Part shown: positions 45,752-55,274 of the stretch, one piece after another
Layout: every line of letters begins with the position of its first letter
How positions within the stretch are numbered: position 1 is the first letter of the stretch
Origin: Escherichia phage vB_EcoS_MM-1
Reading direction: 5' to 3' (one strand)
Sequence record: PV577657
DNA length: 64,000 bases
Notes under the pieces: generated by a model
What the model saw: only the letters and a program-made list of their open reading frames with translations
What the model was told of the DNA's origin: nothing
The model's database searches: none
Position numbers and translations under genes: made by a program

Positions 45752-46384
45752 TTATTCTTTAACGTAGCCTAAAGCTATCGCAAGTTTTTCTAGTTCAGAA
45801 AGATTACGTTCTTGAGCTGGGACAGCTTTAGAACTTATTGCAGTAAAAGATTTACGCCATTCAGTATAATCATGACCATTCATACTCTTAGCGAGATTGA
45901 ATGTTGAGTCCTGATTACAAGGTACAGAAACTACCGAAACTTCGTATAGTTCTAAATCTTTAATAATAAATATATCAGTAGCTTCATCCCACTCTGCATC
46001 TAGGCAGCGGAATCCGATACTAAAAGTTTTCAGTACACCGTTTTTAATTAGCGAAAAGATAGCCGGGTCAGAACTTTCATAGATCTCACATTCGATTTCG
46101 AGACCCATTTCAGTAGGATTAAGATCAATACACTTGCCGATTGGACGACGATGGTCGTGTCCGAAAAGAATAATCGGGTTTTTCATGTAGTTAGCAAGTG
46201 CATTAGATGTTTTCCATGCAGAGGCAGGAATTACATCACCAGCGCGATCTTTACTAATTGTATTAGCGAATCCACGGATTTTTACAACACCCTCTTTGGA
46301 TTCGCTATCAATAGATTTAATATAAGCATCTAAATGAACCGGTGCTGATTTTAACTTGTTATAGTCAATAGCAGCTTGTGTCAT
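45752..46384 (-). CDS. prohead protease (pb11-like)
   Basis: 210 aa, same as T5 pb11; between decoration/portal and capsid genes. Confidence 0.7.
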   Translation of the reverse strand: MTQAAIDYNKLKSAPVHLDAYIKSIDSESKEGVVKIRGFANTISKDRAGDVIPASAWKTSNALANYMKNPIILFGHDHRRPIGKCIDLNPTEMGLEIECEIYESSDPAIFSLIKNGVLKTFSIGFRCLDAEWDEATDIFIIKDLELYEVSVVSVPCNQDSTFNLAKSMNGHDYTEWRKSFTAISSKAVPAQERNLSELEKLAIALGYVKE

Positions 46385-46387
46385 TTA

Positions 46388-46870
46388 TTAGCCTCCAACA
46401 CCGGGATTAACCGTTACTGTGCATGCAGTAGAAGGTTTACTAACTTTCTTGCTATCTGTAACCGTTACTTTATAGACTCCCGAATCATCAGTAGCTGCTG
46501 CAGGCTTAGTATAGGTAGCTCCTGAAGCATCTGGAATAGGAGAACCATCTTTAGTCCATGCATAAGTATATGGACCAGTACCGCCGGTTGCAGTAACTGA
46601 AAGGGTTAATGCTGCTCCCTCTTCAACGGACATGCTAGCAGTTAAATCTTTAGAAAGAGTTAATGGTGGAGCAGGAGGAACTGCTTTACCATATGCCTCT
46701 ACAAATTTCTTCCATACTTTACGGTTAGTATGCGCAGATGAAAGTCCTAGTTCTCTACGCAGAAAAGCGTAACTAGGAACATATTTATGCGCAGCAACCG
46801 TAGCAAAGAAGATATGAGATTCTGGCAGTTTTTCACCAAAAATGGTCTTTAGACCATTATAATCAATCAT
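46388..46870 (-). CDS. capsid decoration protein with Ig-like domain (pb10-like)
   Basis: C-terminal Ig-like segment TYAWTKDGSPIPDASGATYT. Confidence 0.6.
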   Translation of the reverse strand: MIDYNGLKTIFGEKLPESHIFFATVAAHKYVPSYAFLRRELGLSSAHTNRKVWKKFVEAYGKAVPPAPPLTLSKDLTASMSVEEGAALTLSVTATGGTGPYTYAWTKDGSPIPDASGATYTKPAAATDDSGVYKVTVTDSKKVSKPSTACTVTVNPGVGG

Positions 46871-48084
46871 TCTTTATCTCCCTCGGTGGAACCTTGAGGT
46901 CTACCACCTTCTTGACCAGACACACCTGTTGCAGAACCAGCAACGTTAGCAGGAATACGAATCTTATCCATCTGCTCATCATCTAAAGGTTCAAGGTTCA
47001 GCTCTAAACGAGCTTCGTTACCAGTCATAATACCATTATTAACCAATGAGGTTAAATGTTTAGCCTCAGCTTCTTTATCTGGTGTTAATGCAGCTACTTC
47101 CTTAGTATTAGGAGTAATCTTATAACCAAAAAAGAAAGTAAGAGAACTAGTCAGTTTGTTCAGCATAGGAATGATAGTCATGTAATAGAACAGTTCGATA
47201 TTTGGTCGAATGTTCGCGTTATTACCACCATCAAGTAACACTTGCGGAACACCAAAGGCTAGACAGATAGATTTATTAAATCCTTCAATGTCTTCCTTAA
47301 AGTCTAGATCTTTAAAAGAGGATATTTGGGAGTACGGTTTAGCTTTCATACCACCATCTAGAATCAGGACAGAGGACTGACCAGTACTAGGATTATAATC
47401 TAGTTGTAATTCTTCTTGTTTACGCTCACGCAATTTCTTGTTCAGGATTTCATCCGTCTCAAGAATAAGTCCAATCACGGTTCCGTTATCGAGGAATTTC
47501 TCTTTAAAGTTAAGCATCTTAGAACGCTTCTCAAGAGAATCAATAACAGTAGCAACACGAGATTGTCCAGAAATTTGAGAATTTGTGCCACACACGTAAC
47601 TGTTATCCTTTATAAAGATAATCTCATCTACGCGATAGTCTATCTGGTTATTAAATATAAATTTTTTGATAAACTTATTGGCATCTGCCTCTACTTGCAT
47701 TAATGCAGCAGGGACATGGTAAAGTGCTGTGCCATCCCAATAGATGTATGCACAACCTTCAAAAAGTAGGTCAGTGACTACAAGTCTACGGAATGTGCTT
47801 ATATCCATGAATGGATTAGGTCGTACATTTAAGAGAGTGTCTAGAGTCTTTGCCTTGATGCCATTGGCATACGTGACAATATTATATTTATCTCCGACAG
47901 TATAAGAACACTCCGCCGCACTATCTATAACCATATTAGCAGTTCTATTGAGAATCTCAATTTTACTGTAGGCTTGTCCAGTGGTAAAAGGCTTACGGTT
48001 AGTGCGATGACTAACTGGTTCCATGTCTCTTATAATACGTTGACCCGGATTTAGCTTTTCAGTAATCCAGCTTTTAAAACCCAT
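46867..48084 (-). CDS. portal protein (pb7-like)
   Basis: 405 aa, directly downstream of terminase/HNH. Confidence 0.8.
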   Translation of the reverse strand: MGFKSWITEKLNPGQRIIRDMEPVSHRTNRKPFTTGQAYSKIEILNRTANMVIDSAAECSYTVGDKYNIVTYANGIKAKTLDTLLNVRPNPFMDISTFRRLVVTDLLFEGCAYIYWDGTALYHVPAALMQVEADANKFIKKFIFNNQIDYRVDEIIFIKDNSYVCGTNSQISGQSRVATVIDSLEKRSKMLNFKEKFLDNGTVIGLILETDEILNKKLRERKQEELQLDYNPSTGQSSVLILDGGMKAKPYSQISSFKDLDFKEDIEGFNKSICLAFGVPQVLLDGGNNANIRPNIELFYYMTIIPMLNKLTSSLTFFFGYKITPNTKEVAALTPDKEAEAKHLTSLVNNGIMTGNEARLELNLEPLDDEQMDKIRIPANVAGSATGVSGQEGGRPQGSTEGDKE

Positions 48085-48521
48085 TATAAGAACCTTGCGA
48101 ATCCTGATTTTGTTTCAGTCTTGACTTGTGTCTTTTCTTGAGGATTCTGTAATTTGTCTTTCTGCTTTTGAACCCACACTTTTTGCTTATTAGCAGAAAA
48201 TAAAGGAGGTTCTTTTGTGTAAACCTTATGTAATAATTGGTGATGGTGTACACAAAGGGTAACAGTGTCTTCTACTAGCTCATGCCTATATCGATCATAG
48301 AATGCCGTCCTATTTGAAAGGACTATTTCTTCGTCAGTGAAATCCAATTGGAGTTCTTTAGCAAATTTTTTAACTAGTAGAGACACCGTATGGTAATGAT
48401 GAAGCTCTAATTCTTCAGCACAACCGCAGATAGCACATTGAGAGTCTTTTTTATATTGACTTTTTATTCCGTCTCTCATAAGGGATATAGCATCGCGTTT
48501 ATATTTTATATTGCTTGCCAT
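48084..48521 (-). CDS. HNH endonuclease inserted between terminase and portal genes
   Basis: CAICGCAEELELHHYH...CVHHHQLLHK; start taken at MASNIK with GGAGAA RBS (track start 48608). Confidence 0.7.
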   Translation of the reverse strand: MASNIKYKRDAISLMRDGIKSQYKKDSQCAICGCAEELELHHYHTVSLLVKKFAKELQLDFTDEEIVLSNRTAFYDRYRHELVEDTVTLCVHHHQLLHKVYTKEPPLFSANKQKVWVQKQKDKLQNPQEKTQVKTETKSGFARFL

Positions 48522-48635
48522 AGTGTTCTCCTCAACTGTATGAATATAGTATACATAATCGTATCGAATTTGTAAAGGGGATTTTAAAATGCAGGAATGG
48601 GATACCAACTGAGTAGTATCCCTTCCTATACTTAT

Positions 48636-49952
48636 TTATTTACCACGGGAAATAGAGTAAATTCCATAGCGCAGAGCATCACAGAGGTGAGAGTTAGCAT
48701 CATGACGTGGTTTTTCACGTGATAATTTTTCTTCACCTTCTTGGAAATCCCACTTGTAATTCTGCAATGCGTGAATTAATGAGGAACATGAAGCATCCAC
48801 AATAATCTTGCCTTGTTGGAATAGTGCTTGTAAACATGCTAATCCATCTAGGACAGATTTTTTAGCTGGAGCCGATGCAATTTCATGTTCATAAGCTAAG
48901 TCCTGACGGAACTGAGCTGCGGCAGAGTCAACAAAAACACGATCAACTTTATAACGATCTATACAGTGCTGAATGTAAGCCGCATGCTGAGCTGTGGTTT
49001 TCTCCGCCTGCTGGTACTCTTCTAATACATAGTAGGTATCTGTATCATAGTGGTACTTAATAGTAAGAACTGCTGTAGGATCACGATAACCAACGTCAAT
49101 ACCAAGCAACGTTTCGAATGCTTCATCATCTTTAAAGAAGTGACGCATACCTTTAAGGTCTTTAACATGGTCTATAGCATTAAAGGTATCAAAGATCTGA
49201 CCTTCGAATACAGAGAAGTCAGCCTCATATTCCTGACGAAAGTAGTTTTTACTAACTGTACGACGTGCTTCTTCGATATCATTCAGATCAGCACGTGGGT
49301 TATCACGATACGTACCATGAATAGATACCCAGTTAGGTAATGTATCATCAAATCCATAGGCATAAAACTCTTTAAACCAGTTACCACCACGAGGAGTAGA
49401 GATAAATAGAGCCTTAGAGTTTGGTTTATCTAGGGTAGGACGCAACTGAACTCTAAAGGCATCACCACCCACATCGGAAATTGCCGCCTCATCAAAGATG
49501 ATAAAGTCATATGAACGCCCAACTGCGGAGTCAGCCTGCGCCGCAGAAGCTAGTTTAAACAGAGAACCATTAGCTAACTCAATCTCTTTATCTTTAGCAT
49601 TCTCACGTTCGGTTTGTAGGCCATATTTTTTAATAAGACCACGAATCTGAGACCATCCGATGTTGGCCAGTGAGTAGTTAGGAGCAACTACTAGCACCTT
49701 TACGTTAGGCTCCAGCAACTTTAGAAACCCAAGTGTGTATGCGATGAAGGATTTACCTACACGGCGTGATACACACGCCGTTACAAAACGATGTCTAGGG
49801 TCTTCTAGCGCATTGATAATCGCTATTTGAGGACCATTAGGTGTAATACCCTCTTGAGCTAGTATTCCTGAAACAGGTAGACGAAAGAAACGTTTGTCTA
49901 TTCCGAAATCAATAACATCAACTGTGTTAACGTAGGGTCTTGATACTTCCAT
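48636..49952 (-). CDS. terminase large subunit
   Basis: 438 aa; Walker A-like CVSRRVGKS; C-terminal nuclease-like region. Confidence 0.85.
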   Translation of the reverse strand: MEVSRPYVNTVDVIDFGIDKRFFRLPVSGILAQEGITPNGPQIAIINALEDPRHRFVTACVSRRVGKSFIAYTLGFLKLLEPNVKVLVVAPNYSLANIGWSQIRGLIKKYGLQTERENAKDKEIELANGSLFKLASAAQADSAVGRSYDFIIFDEAAISDVGGDAFRVQLRPTLDKPNSKALFISTPRGGNWFKEFYAYGFDDTLPNWVSIHGTYRDNPRADLNDIEEARRTVSKNYFRQEYEADFSVFEGQIFDTFNAIDHVKDLKGMRHFFKDDEAFETLLGIDVGYRDPTAVLTIKYHYDTDTYYVLEEYQQAEKTTAQHAAYIQHCIDRYKVDRVFVDSAAAQFRQDLAYEHEIASAPAKKSVLDGLACLQALFQQGKIIVDASCSSLIHALQNYKWDFQEGEEKLSREKPRHDANSHLCDALRYGIYSISRGK

Positions 49953-50434
49953 TACTTCTTACCTCCAGTAGCTAGGGAAGTAATTAAGTCCATGTAGTTT
50001 TGATCCCCAGCTCCAGCAATAATATTATTCTGGATATTGGTCTGATTAGCAGGAGCACGGACGGCAGCTTTAGCTTTTTCTAGCTCCACCATCATTTTCA
50101 TCTCTTCCATCTTCATTTTATGTGCCTTCCAGAGAATATCCATAATATCCTGGTCAGAACCCATGCCAGTTTCTTCCAGTTCCTCCAGCTTACGTTTAAT
50201 AACTTCATCTAGAACACCGAACAAACGATCTCTGTTACGGAATCCACTCTCCATAAAAATATCGTTCAAGTAATTCTTAACTTCACTACGATTCATAATA
50301 TCTCGGAAAGCAATTTCAGACATTCCAAGACTACGTGCGGCAGAAGGCACATCGCTACCGCACTGTAAATAAGCTTCAATCACATCCATCCCTTCAGGGG
50401 ACATAAGATCTGGTACTAATATATCATTTGCCAT
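49952..50434 (-). CDS. terminase small subunit candidate (HTH)
   Basis: 160 aa immediately upstream of the large subunit; HTH-like [17 protein letters not shown]. Confidence 0.5.
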   Translation of the reverse strand: MANDILVPDLMSPEGMDVIEAYLQCGSDVPSAARSLGMSEIAFRDIMNRSEVKNYLNDIFMESGFRNRDRLFGVLDEVIKRKLEELEETGMGSDQDIMDILWKAHKMKMEEMKMMVELEKAKAAVRAPANQTNIQNNIIAGAGDQNYMDLITSLATGGKK

Positions 50435-50444
50435 ATTTCCTCCT

Positions 50445-52202
50445 TTAGGTAAGGCGTTGAACTGTTACTCTTAATCTAGGTAGAAAAACTGCACTACCTA
50501 AACTTACGTGCATAACTACCCCTAACTCTACATTTCCATTCCCCAGATTTTTAGCAGTATATATAAAACTATTTCTACTTAGGGCATTGTTAGGTGTGTA
50601 TCTAAAAGCAGATGTAGTATGAAAAGGTACTAAATACCCTACTGGTAATGTTAAAATCTGGTGGAATATCGCGTCACCATTACTATAACTATATGCTCTT
50701 CTTCCTTGCACCTGAAACACACCGTTATTCCATGTATTAGCAGGGACACCTGCACAGTTAAGATTACCTGATATAACTTCAGTGGTAAGAATTACTGTAG
50801 CATTGCCACCCGGTATACCTAGCCCAATAGTTGATAAACCAACGTATCTATCTCCTGTTCCTGGGTAGCTGGGGGTAATATCATCTCCCATATAAGAACT
50901 ACCTACATTTCCACCAAAAAGTCGTAATGGAACTGCTGATGGTCCCCAAACAACCCCGTGTTCATTACCGATAGTATTATCATTAGAGTTTACGTACCAT
51001 TGCTTACCAGCTCCGAATTTGTAAATACTAATTTGAGACTTAGCCCCTCCATAGTCCACAGGAGACCATAAACTCCCGTTACTAGAACCTACAAGTTCAC
51101 ACCTTGCGGTGGTATCCCCAAAGGCCCCAGTATATGCTGCATTATTTCCAATATATTCCATATCTGGTCTATAACCTAAGTTACCGAAAGCGTTCTGGTT
51201 AATAAACTTGTATCCAGTATTGGGAAGACTAACCCCTTTAATTATGAAATTAGAAGGAGATATAAGAATATCTGAACCAGTAAAAGGATTACCAGAGATA
51301 CTCATACCACCATTTGAGTATCTTAAATTCAAAACGTACCAAATAACTTTAGTAGGAGTTATGTTATACCAATCTTGTAGTATTGTAGAATCACCAGATT
51401 GATTAGCTAAATTAGTTGTAGAACCCCTACAAACAAACCTATTACCCCCATCATGATACATAGTATTTACATTACCAGGAAGACCTTGTCTTACCCCACC
51501 ATACCCACGTATGTTAGAGTTACAAACATAGAACCAATCGTGCCCTCTGTGTGCTGATCCTAAAGGAGACATCCATCCTGGGTCCCAGTAATTTTGGTTA
51601 TTCCCATCTATAGGTACTGTACTACTATTAGTAGGGAATCCTAACTGTGCAAAAGCTTCTGCAACAGTAACCCCTACTGGAGCTCCTGCACCTGGCCTAA
51701 CTATACCATGATACGTACTATGTAGGGTAGTTCCACCAGTACCATTCCTAGAAATAGATTCTTCATGCCCTATAGATGGATTATAGTTATATGTACCAGA
51801 TGCCAGGCTATTACCAAATGCAAATCCACTAGTCTGGGAAACACTAGCAAAAGATCTAAAAGGATCTGCTTGAGTGGCAACTATAGTTTGACCCACCTTA
51901 CTCTGAGTACCATTAAGAAAAGCTCTGTGAGTACCATTAATCTCAATAGCAGTTAATATAACTCTACCAGGATCGTTAGATTTAATATTTATTATGTCAG
52001 AGGGCATCTGACATACAAAAAACCCATTTCCGGCATTTCCTAACCCAGCCTCATAAGTACCATCAACTAGGACAAATGGCATATCACTATGAAAAATACT
52101 ATTGGCATTTGGACTATAGTGACGATTAATGTCACCACCAGATTCAGTATTTAAAGATAGTACGGTCTTACCATCGCTATATTTTCCAGCGAAAAAACCC
52201 AT
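50445..52202 (-). CDS. receptor-binding tail protein (pb5/Oad-like)
   Basis: 585 aa, Gly/Asn-rich, divergently adjacent to the llp-like lipoprotein as in T5. Confidence 0.6.
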   Translation of the reverse strand: MGFFAGKYSDGKTVLSLNTESGGDINRHYSPNANSIFHSDMPFVLVDGTYEAGLGNAGNGFFVCQMPSDIINIKSNDPGRVILTAIEINGTHRAFLNGTQSKVGQTIVATQADPFRSFASVSQTSGFAFGNSLASGTYNYNPSIGHEESISRNGTGGTTLHSTYHGIVRPGAGAPVGVTVAEAFAQLGFPTNSSTVPIDGNNQNYWDPGWMSPLGSAHRGHDWFYVCNSNIRGYGGVRQGLPGNVNTMYHDGGNRFVCRGSTTNLANQSGDSTILQDWYNITPTKVIWYVLNLRYSNGGMSISGNPFTGSDILISPSNFIIKGVSLPNTGYKFINQNAFGNLGYRPDMEYIGNNAAYTGAFGDTTARCELVGSSNGSLWSPVDYGGAKSQISIYKFGAGKQWYVNSNDNTIGNEHGVVWGPSAVPLRLFGGNVGSSYMGDDITPSYPGTGDRYVGLSTIGLGIPGGNATVILTTEVISGNLNCAGVPANTWNNGVFQVQGRRAYSYSNGDAIFHQILTLPVGYLVPFHTTSAFRYTPNNALSRNSFIYTAKNLGNGNVELGVVMHVSLGSAVFLPRLRVTVQRLT

Positions 52203-52227
52203 ATAATCTCCTATTATAAAAATGTAT

Positions 52228-52256
52228 TTGCTTTCATCCCTCTATTTTGCTATAAT
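52228..52256 (+). promoter_or_regulatory. PN25-like early promoter driving llp
   Basis: TTGCTT, 17 nt, TATAAT, then AGATTCATAAATTAGAAATGGAGAG. Confidence 0.65.
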
Positions 52257-52287
52257 AGATTCATAAATTAGAAATGGAGAGATAAAT

Positions 52288-52554
52288 ATGAAAAAGTTTG
52301 TGATTGCACTAGTTGCCGCAGTTATGTTATCTGGTTGTGCACCTGCTCCCAAACCATTTTGTACTGGATTTGTAAAATCTTTTGGTGGTGCGGGAGAAGA
52401 ACATTACGGCCTCAAGGTTCAAAAAGTTCGTATTAAGGGAGATCGCTTCCCAGTAGTACAGCTCCGTACTAAGTTTGGATGGTGGGATCTCAGTCAGTTT
52501 GACCTTAAATATGGTGATTGTAAATTTAAACTAGAGCAATCTAACTACATGTAA
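52288..52554 (+). CDS. llp: lytic-conversion lipoprotein (Llp-like), receptor-blocking superinfection exclusion
   Basis: Signal peptide with lipobox LSGC; small size; divergent from the receptor-binding gene. Confidence 0.7.
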   Translation: MKKFVIALVAAVMLSGCAPAPKPFCTGFVKSFGGAGEEHYGLKVQKVRIKGDRFPVVQLRTKFGWWDLSQFDLKYGDCKFKLEQSNYM

Positions 52555-52731
52555 TTAGTATAAAGCAAAAAGACATCTAAGTAAACTAAATTTTTTATTT
52601 TTTGGATGGTATATTGGCAGAAACCACTATGTAAGAAAATGAGAAGTCCTTCTAGGAAGTCACAAGCATGGTTGGTTATATACAAATTATAAAATATTTT
52701 AAAATACCATACTCATAGGAGCAAGAAAGAT

Positions 52732-52860
52732 ATGTCAAATAAAAGAAAGAACAGACGCGGAGAAGTGTACGAAGCGTGGATTAATATTTACGGATTTGGT
52801 TTTGTATTATTCCTAATCTTCGTAGGTTTTTGGTTAGCAGCTATGGCGGGGTGGATTTAA
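52732..52860 (+). CDS. small basic protein with one C-terminal transmembrane helix (42 aa)
   Basis: RBS AGGAGCAAGAAAG then ATG; MSNKRKNRRGEVYEAWINIYGFGFVLFLIFVGFWLAAMAGWI. Confidence 0.45.
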   Translation: MSNKRKNRRGEVYEAWINIYGFGFVLFLIFVGFWLAAMAGWI

Positions 52861-53015
52861 TGGAATGGGTAATTATTGGCATATTCGTCTTATTGATACT
52901 TCTCTTTGTAGGCTTACGTGTAATAGATACCTCTGTAACCCAAACAGAAATTAAATTAATGCAGTTGAGTAATAGATTATCTAGAATTGAAACTTTATTA
53001 GAGGAGCGTAAATAA
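52860..53015 (+). CDS. small single-pass membrane protein, paralog 1 (51 aa)
   Basis: ATG overlaps previous stop (TAATGG); MEWVIIGIFVLLILLF...RIETLLEERK. Confidence 0.5.
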   Translation: MEWVIIGIFVLLILLFVGLRVIDTSVTQTEIKLMQLSNRLSRIETLLEERK

Positions 53016-53122
53016 TGGAATGGGTAATTATTGCACTACTGGGGATTGTGATTATTGGGCAATGTATTTTAGATAATTATTTAGCTAGAATTGAAACCTT
53101 ACTATCGGAGAAACGTAAATGA
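53015..53122 (+). CDS. small single-pass membrane protein, paralog 2 (35 aa)
   Basis: ATG overlaps previous stop; MEWVIIALLGIVIIGQ...RIETLLSEKRK. Confidence 0.45.
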   Translation: MEWVIIALLGIVIIGQCILDNYLARIETLLSEKRK

Positions 53123-53313
53123 TGGAAGTGGGAATTACACTAATAGTAATATTAGTCTGGGTAATCCTCATTGTCTCTCGTATAGTGTATCTCCGCCTAA
53201 AAACTCTAGAAGCTCAGGTGAAACAACAACAAGTTATTCTAGAAAAGTTAGTACTACTGCAACGTTGTGATAGCACCCGTATTCTGCAAATTGAGAGGGA
53301 ATTAGATGTTTAG
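53119..53313 (+). CDS. small single-pass membrane protein, paralog 3 (64 aa)
   Basis: ATGA overlap with previous gene; MMEVGITLIVILVWVILIV then amphipathic helix. Confidence 0.5.
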   Translation: MMEVGITLIVILVWVILIVSRIVYLRLKTLEAQVKQQQVILEKLVLLQRCDSTRILQIERELDV

Positions 53314-53551
53314 TATTGTAATTGCTTTTATTATCGGGATACTTGCGGGAGTTTTCGGGACAACTGCGGCAATCAACAAGCATCGTAAATATATTGCGGA
53401 AGTATCGCGGGAGATTGCGGAAAGGGAGCGGAAGTTTGACGAGAAACGTGCGGAGTTTGAGCGGGAGTGGTCGGACGGATCTCGGGCGTCGCGGAAGAGA
53501 TTCCGTGAGTTCAGACCAGAACACAGGTTTGATGACCATTCTATGCGCTAA
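53306..53551 (+). CDS. small membrane protein with Arg/Glu-rich C-terminal tail (81 aa)
   Basis: 8-nt overlap with previous gene; N-terminal TM helix MFSIVIAFIIGILAGVFGTTAA. Confidence 0.5.
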   Translation: MFSIVIAFIIGILAGVFGTTAAINKHRKYIAEVSREIAERERKFDEKRAEFEREWSDGSRASRKRFREFRPEHRFDDHSMR

Positions 53552-53716
53552 TTTGACTTTTGCCAAATTTCATAAGATTACACATGGAGGTGTGTCCAGT
53601 GGGTCGGGGGAGAATACTTAGTCTGCTAACCGCCACCCCCCGTTACTATTATCATGGTAATTGTTTCACCCTGCAATTAAAATGGTTGCAGGGTGAAACA
53701 ATTTCAACTTTAATTA

Positions 53717-54493
53717 TTACGCAACTTTTAATTTCTCGATATATTGTTGCGGGCTGCAACTATATTCTGCGCGTTCTTCCTCGGTCATACCTTCCCAACA
53801 TAATTTCAAACGATCAGCTAGGAATTGATAATCATTATCATCATCGAGGGATTCATCAATAAAGGTTTCACCTATCAATGCCACGCCGATTGATAGAATA
53901 TCGTTAACGGCTTGCGCGTCCAGCGTTTTAAATCCGTATGATGCCGCCGCTGATAGTACACCCTTATGATCATCAATCATTGTAAAATCAGCGTTCGGAT
54001 ATAACTGTTTAAATAATTCAAAATAATAAGATTTATAAACTGCGTCTTTGCTGTGGTATATCTCGCTAACTTTATCAGCCTCAAAATATTTATGCAGTGT
54101 ATCGCGAGAAAACACGCGGATATTACTATCACCACGACCGCGCAAGCCTTGTTTGCGCAAATAATAATAGTCCGACTTGCTCATTAGTCGAGCGGTACAA
54201 ATAATGTTTAAAGTATTTGCGTCATTCATGCACTGGCGCATATATGTAACAAGGGGCAATAAAGTATCTTGCATTATTAAATCATGTTTGCAGGCTTCAT
54301 TTTTATACTTATTTAAATCTAAATTGCCCTCGCTATCAAAGCAAGGCGCTACACGATGGAAAGAATTAATGATAGTGCCGTCCAGATCCCAAATCATGAC
54401 GCGGGAAATATGCGGGAAATTACGGGTAATATTCATTTTAACTTGATTCATTTTGTTACGTTCTCCATTAAAGGGATTTAGTTTATCCAGCAT
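53717..54493 (-). CDS. dmp: HAD-family 5'-deoxyribonucleotidase-like protein (Dmp-like)
   Basis: HAD motif I MIWDLDGTIINS; first gene of the pre-early-like block. Confidence 0.65.
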   Translation of the reverse strand: MLDKLNPFNGERNKMNQVKMNITRNFPHISRVMIWDLDGTIINSFHRVAPCFDSEGNLDLNKYKNEACKHDLIMQDTLLPLVTYMRQCMNDANTLNIICTARLMSKSDYYYLRKQGLRGRGDSNIRVFSRDTLHKYFEADKVSEIYHSKDAVYKSYYFELFKQLYPNADFTMIDDHKGVLSAAASYGFKTLDAQAVNDILSIGVALIGETFIDESLDDDNDYQFLADRLKLCWEGMTEEERAEYSCSPQQYIEKLKVA

Positions 54494-54531
54494 TACCCGC
54501 TATTTATAAGCGGGTAATAATAAATCAACTA

Positions 54532-54924
54532 TTAAAGACCATAAGCCAACGCATCAGCGATAAAACTAACATCCTCACCGGATACGCTAGAACGAATCCC
54601 CGCGCAGGTGTATACCTTTGCGCTCGCTAGCTGATCATCAAGGCAAGCGGGGCAAGGCGCGACAACTGCAAAGGCTAGACCAGATTTTACCGCGTCAATA
54701 ATGATTGTTTCTTGTTTCATCGTGTCAACATAAACGCCTTTTGCTTTAATATGGCTGGTTAGTTTGCCTTGCGTATAGGCAAAGGTAGTAACCTGTAAAG
54801 CGTCATTGAAATCTAATAATTCATCAATAACGTGCCCCGCCTCGACGTGGTAACGTTCACCATTAGAATAAACCAGAACAATGGAAGACTGAGCGCGATC
54901 GAATGGAATATTTTGCTTTTTCAT
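54532..54924 (-). CDS. hypothetical pre-early protein
   Basis: ORF track; terminator hairpin downstream. Confidence 0.5.
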   Translation of the reverse strand: MKKQNIPFDRAQSSIVLVYSNGERYHVEAGHVIDELLDFNDALQVTTFAYTQGKLTSHIKAKGVYVDTMKQETIIIDAVKSGLAFAVVAPCPACLDDQLASAKVYTCAGIRSSVSGEDVSFIADALAYGL

Positions 54925-54963
54925 ACTTATAAAACTCCAATTAGTTTAATATAGGGATTTAAT

Positions 54964-55254
54964 TTATTTGATAATAATCTGCATCTGGTACGGCGTTAAT
55001 TCACCGTTTACGGGTAAATTATTATCGCTTAGCCACTCATAAAAAGCGCCATCATCATCAAAAGGAACAACATCATTATCACGATAATCGATGGAAATAA
55101 TGCCATCCGTATTAGTTTTGGCGGCTAGGATAGGCCCAAAGCTGTAAACTTTATCGGATTCCATTTCATCCGGTGAGATGAATGCTTTTTCGTCCAATGT
55201 TTTGGGTAATGTAACTTTCATTTTTTGACTCCTGTAATAGCGGCTATATTTCAA
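54964..55254 (-). CDS. hypothetical pre-early protein
   Basis: ORF track. Confidence 0.5.
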   Translation of the reverse strand: MKYSRYYRSQKMKVTLPKTLDEKAFISPDEMESDKVYSFGPILAAKTNTDGIISIDYRDNDVVPFDDDGAFYEWLSDNNLPVNGELTPYQMQIIIK

Positions 55255-55274
55255 GCCGCTAGGGGATAATTTAA

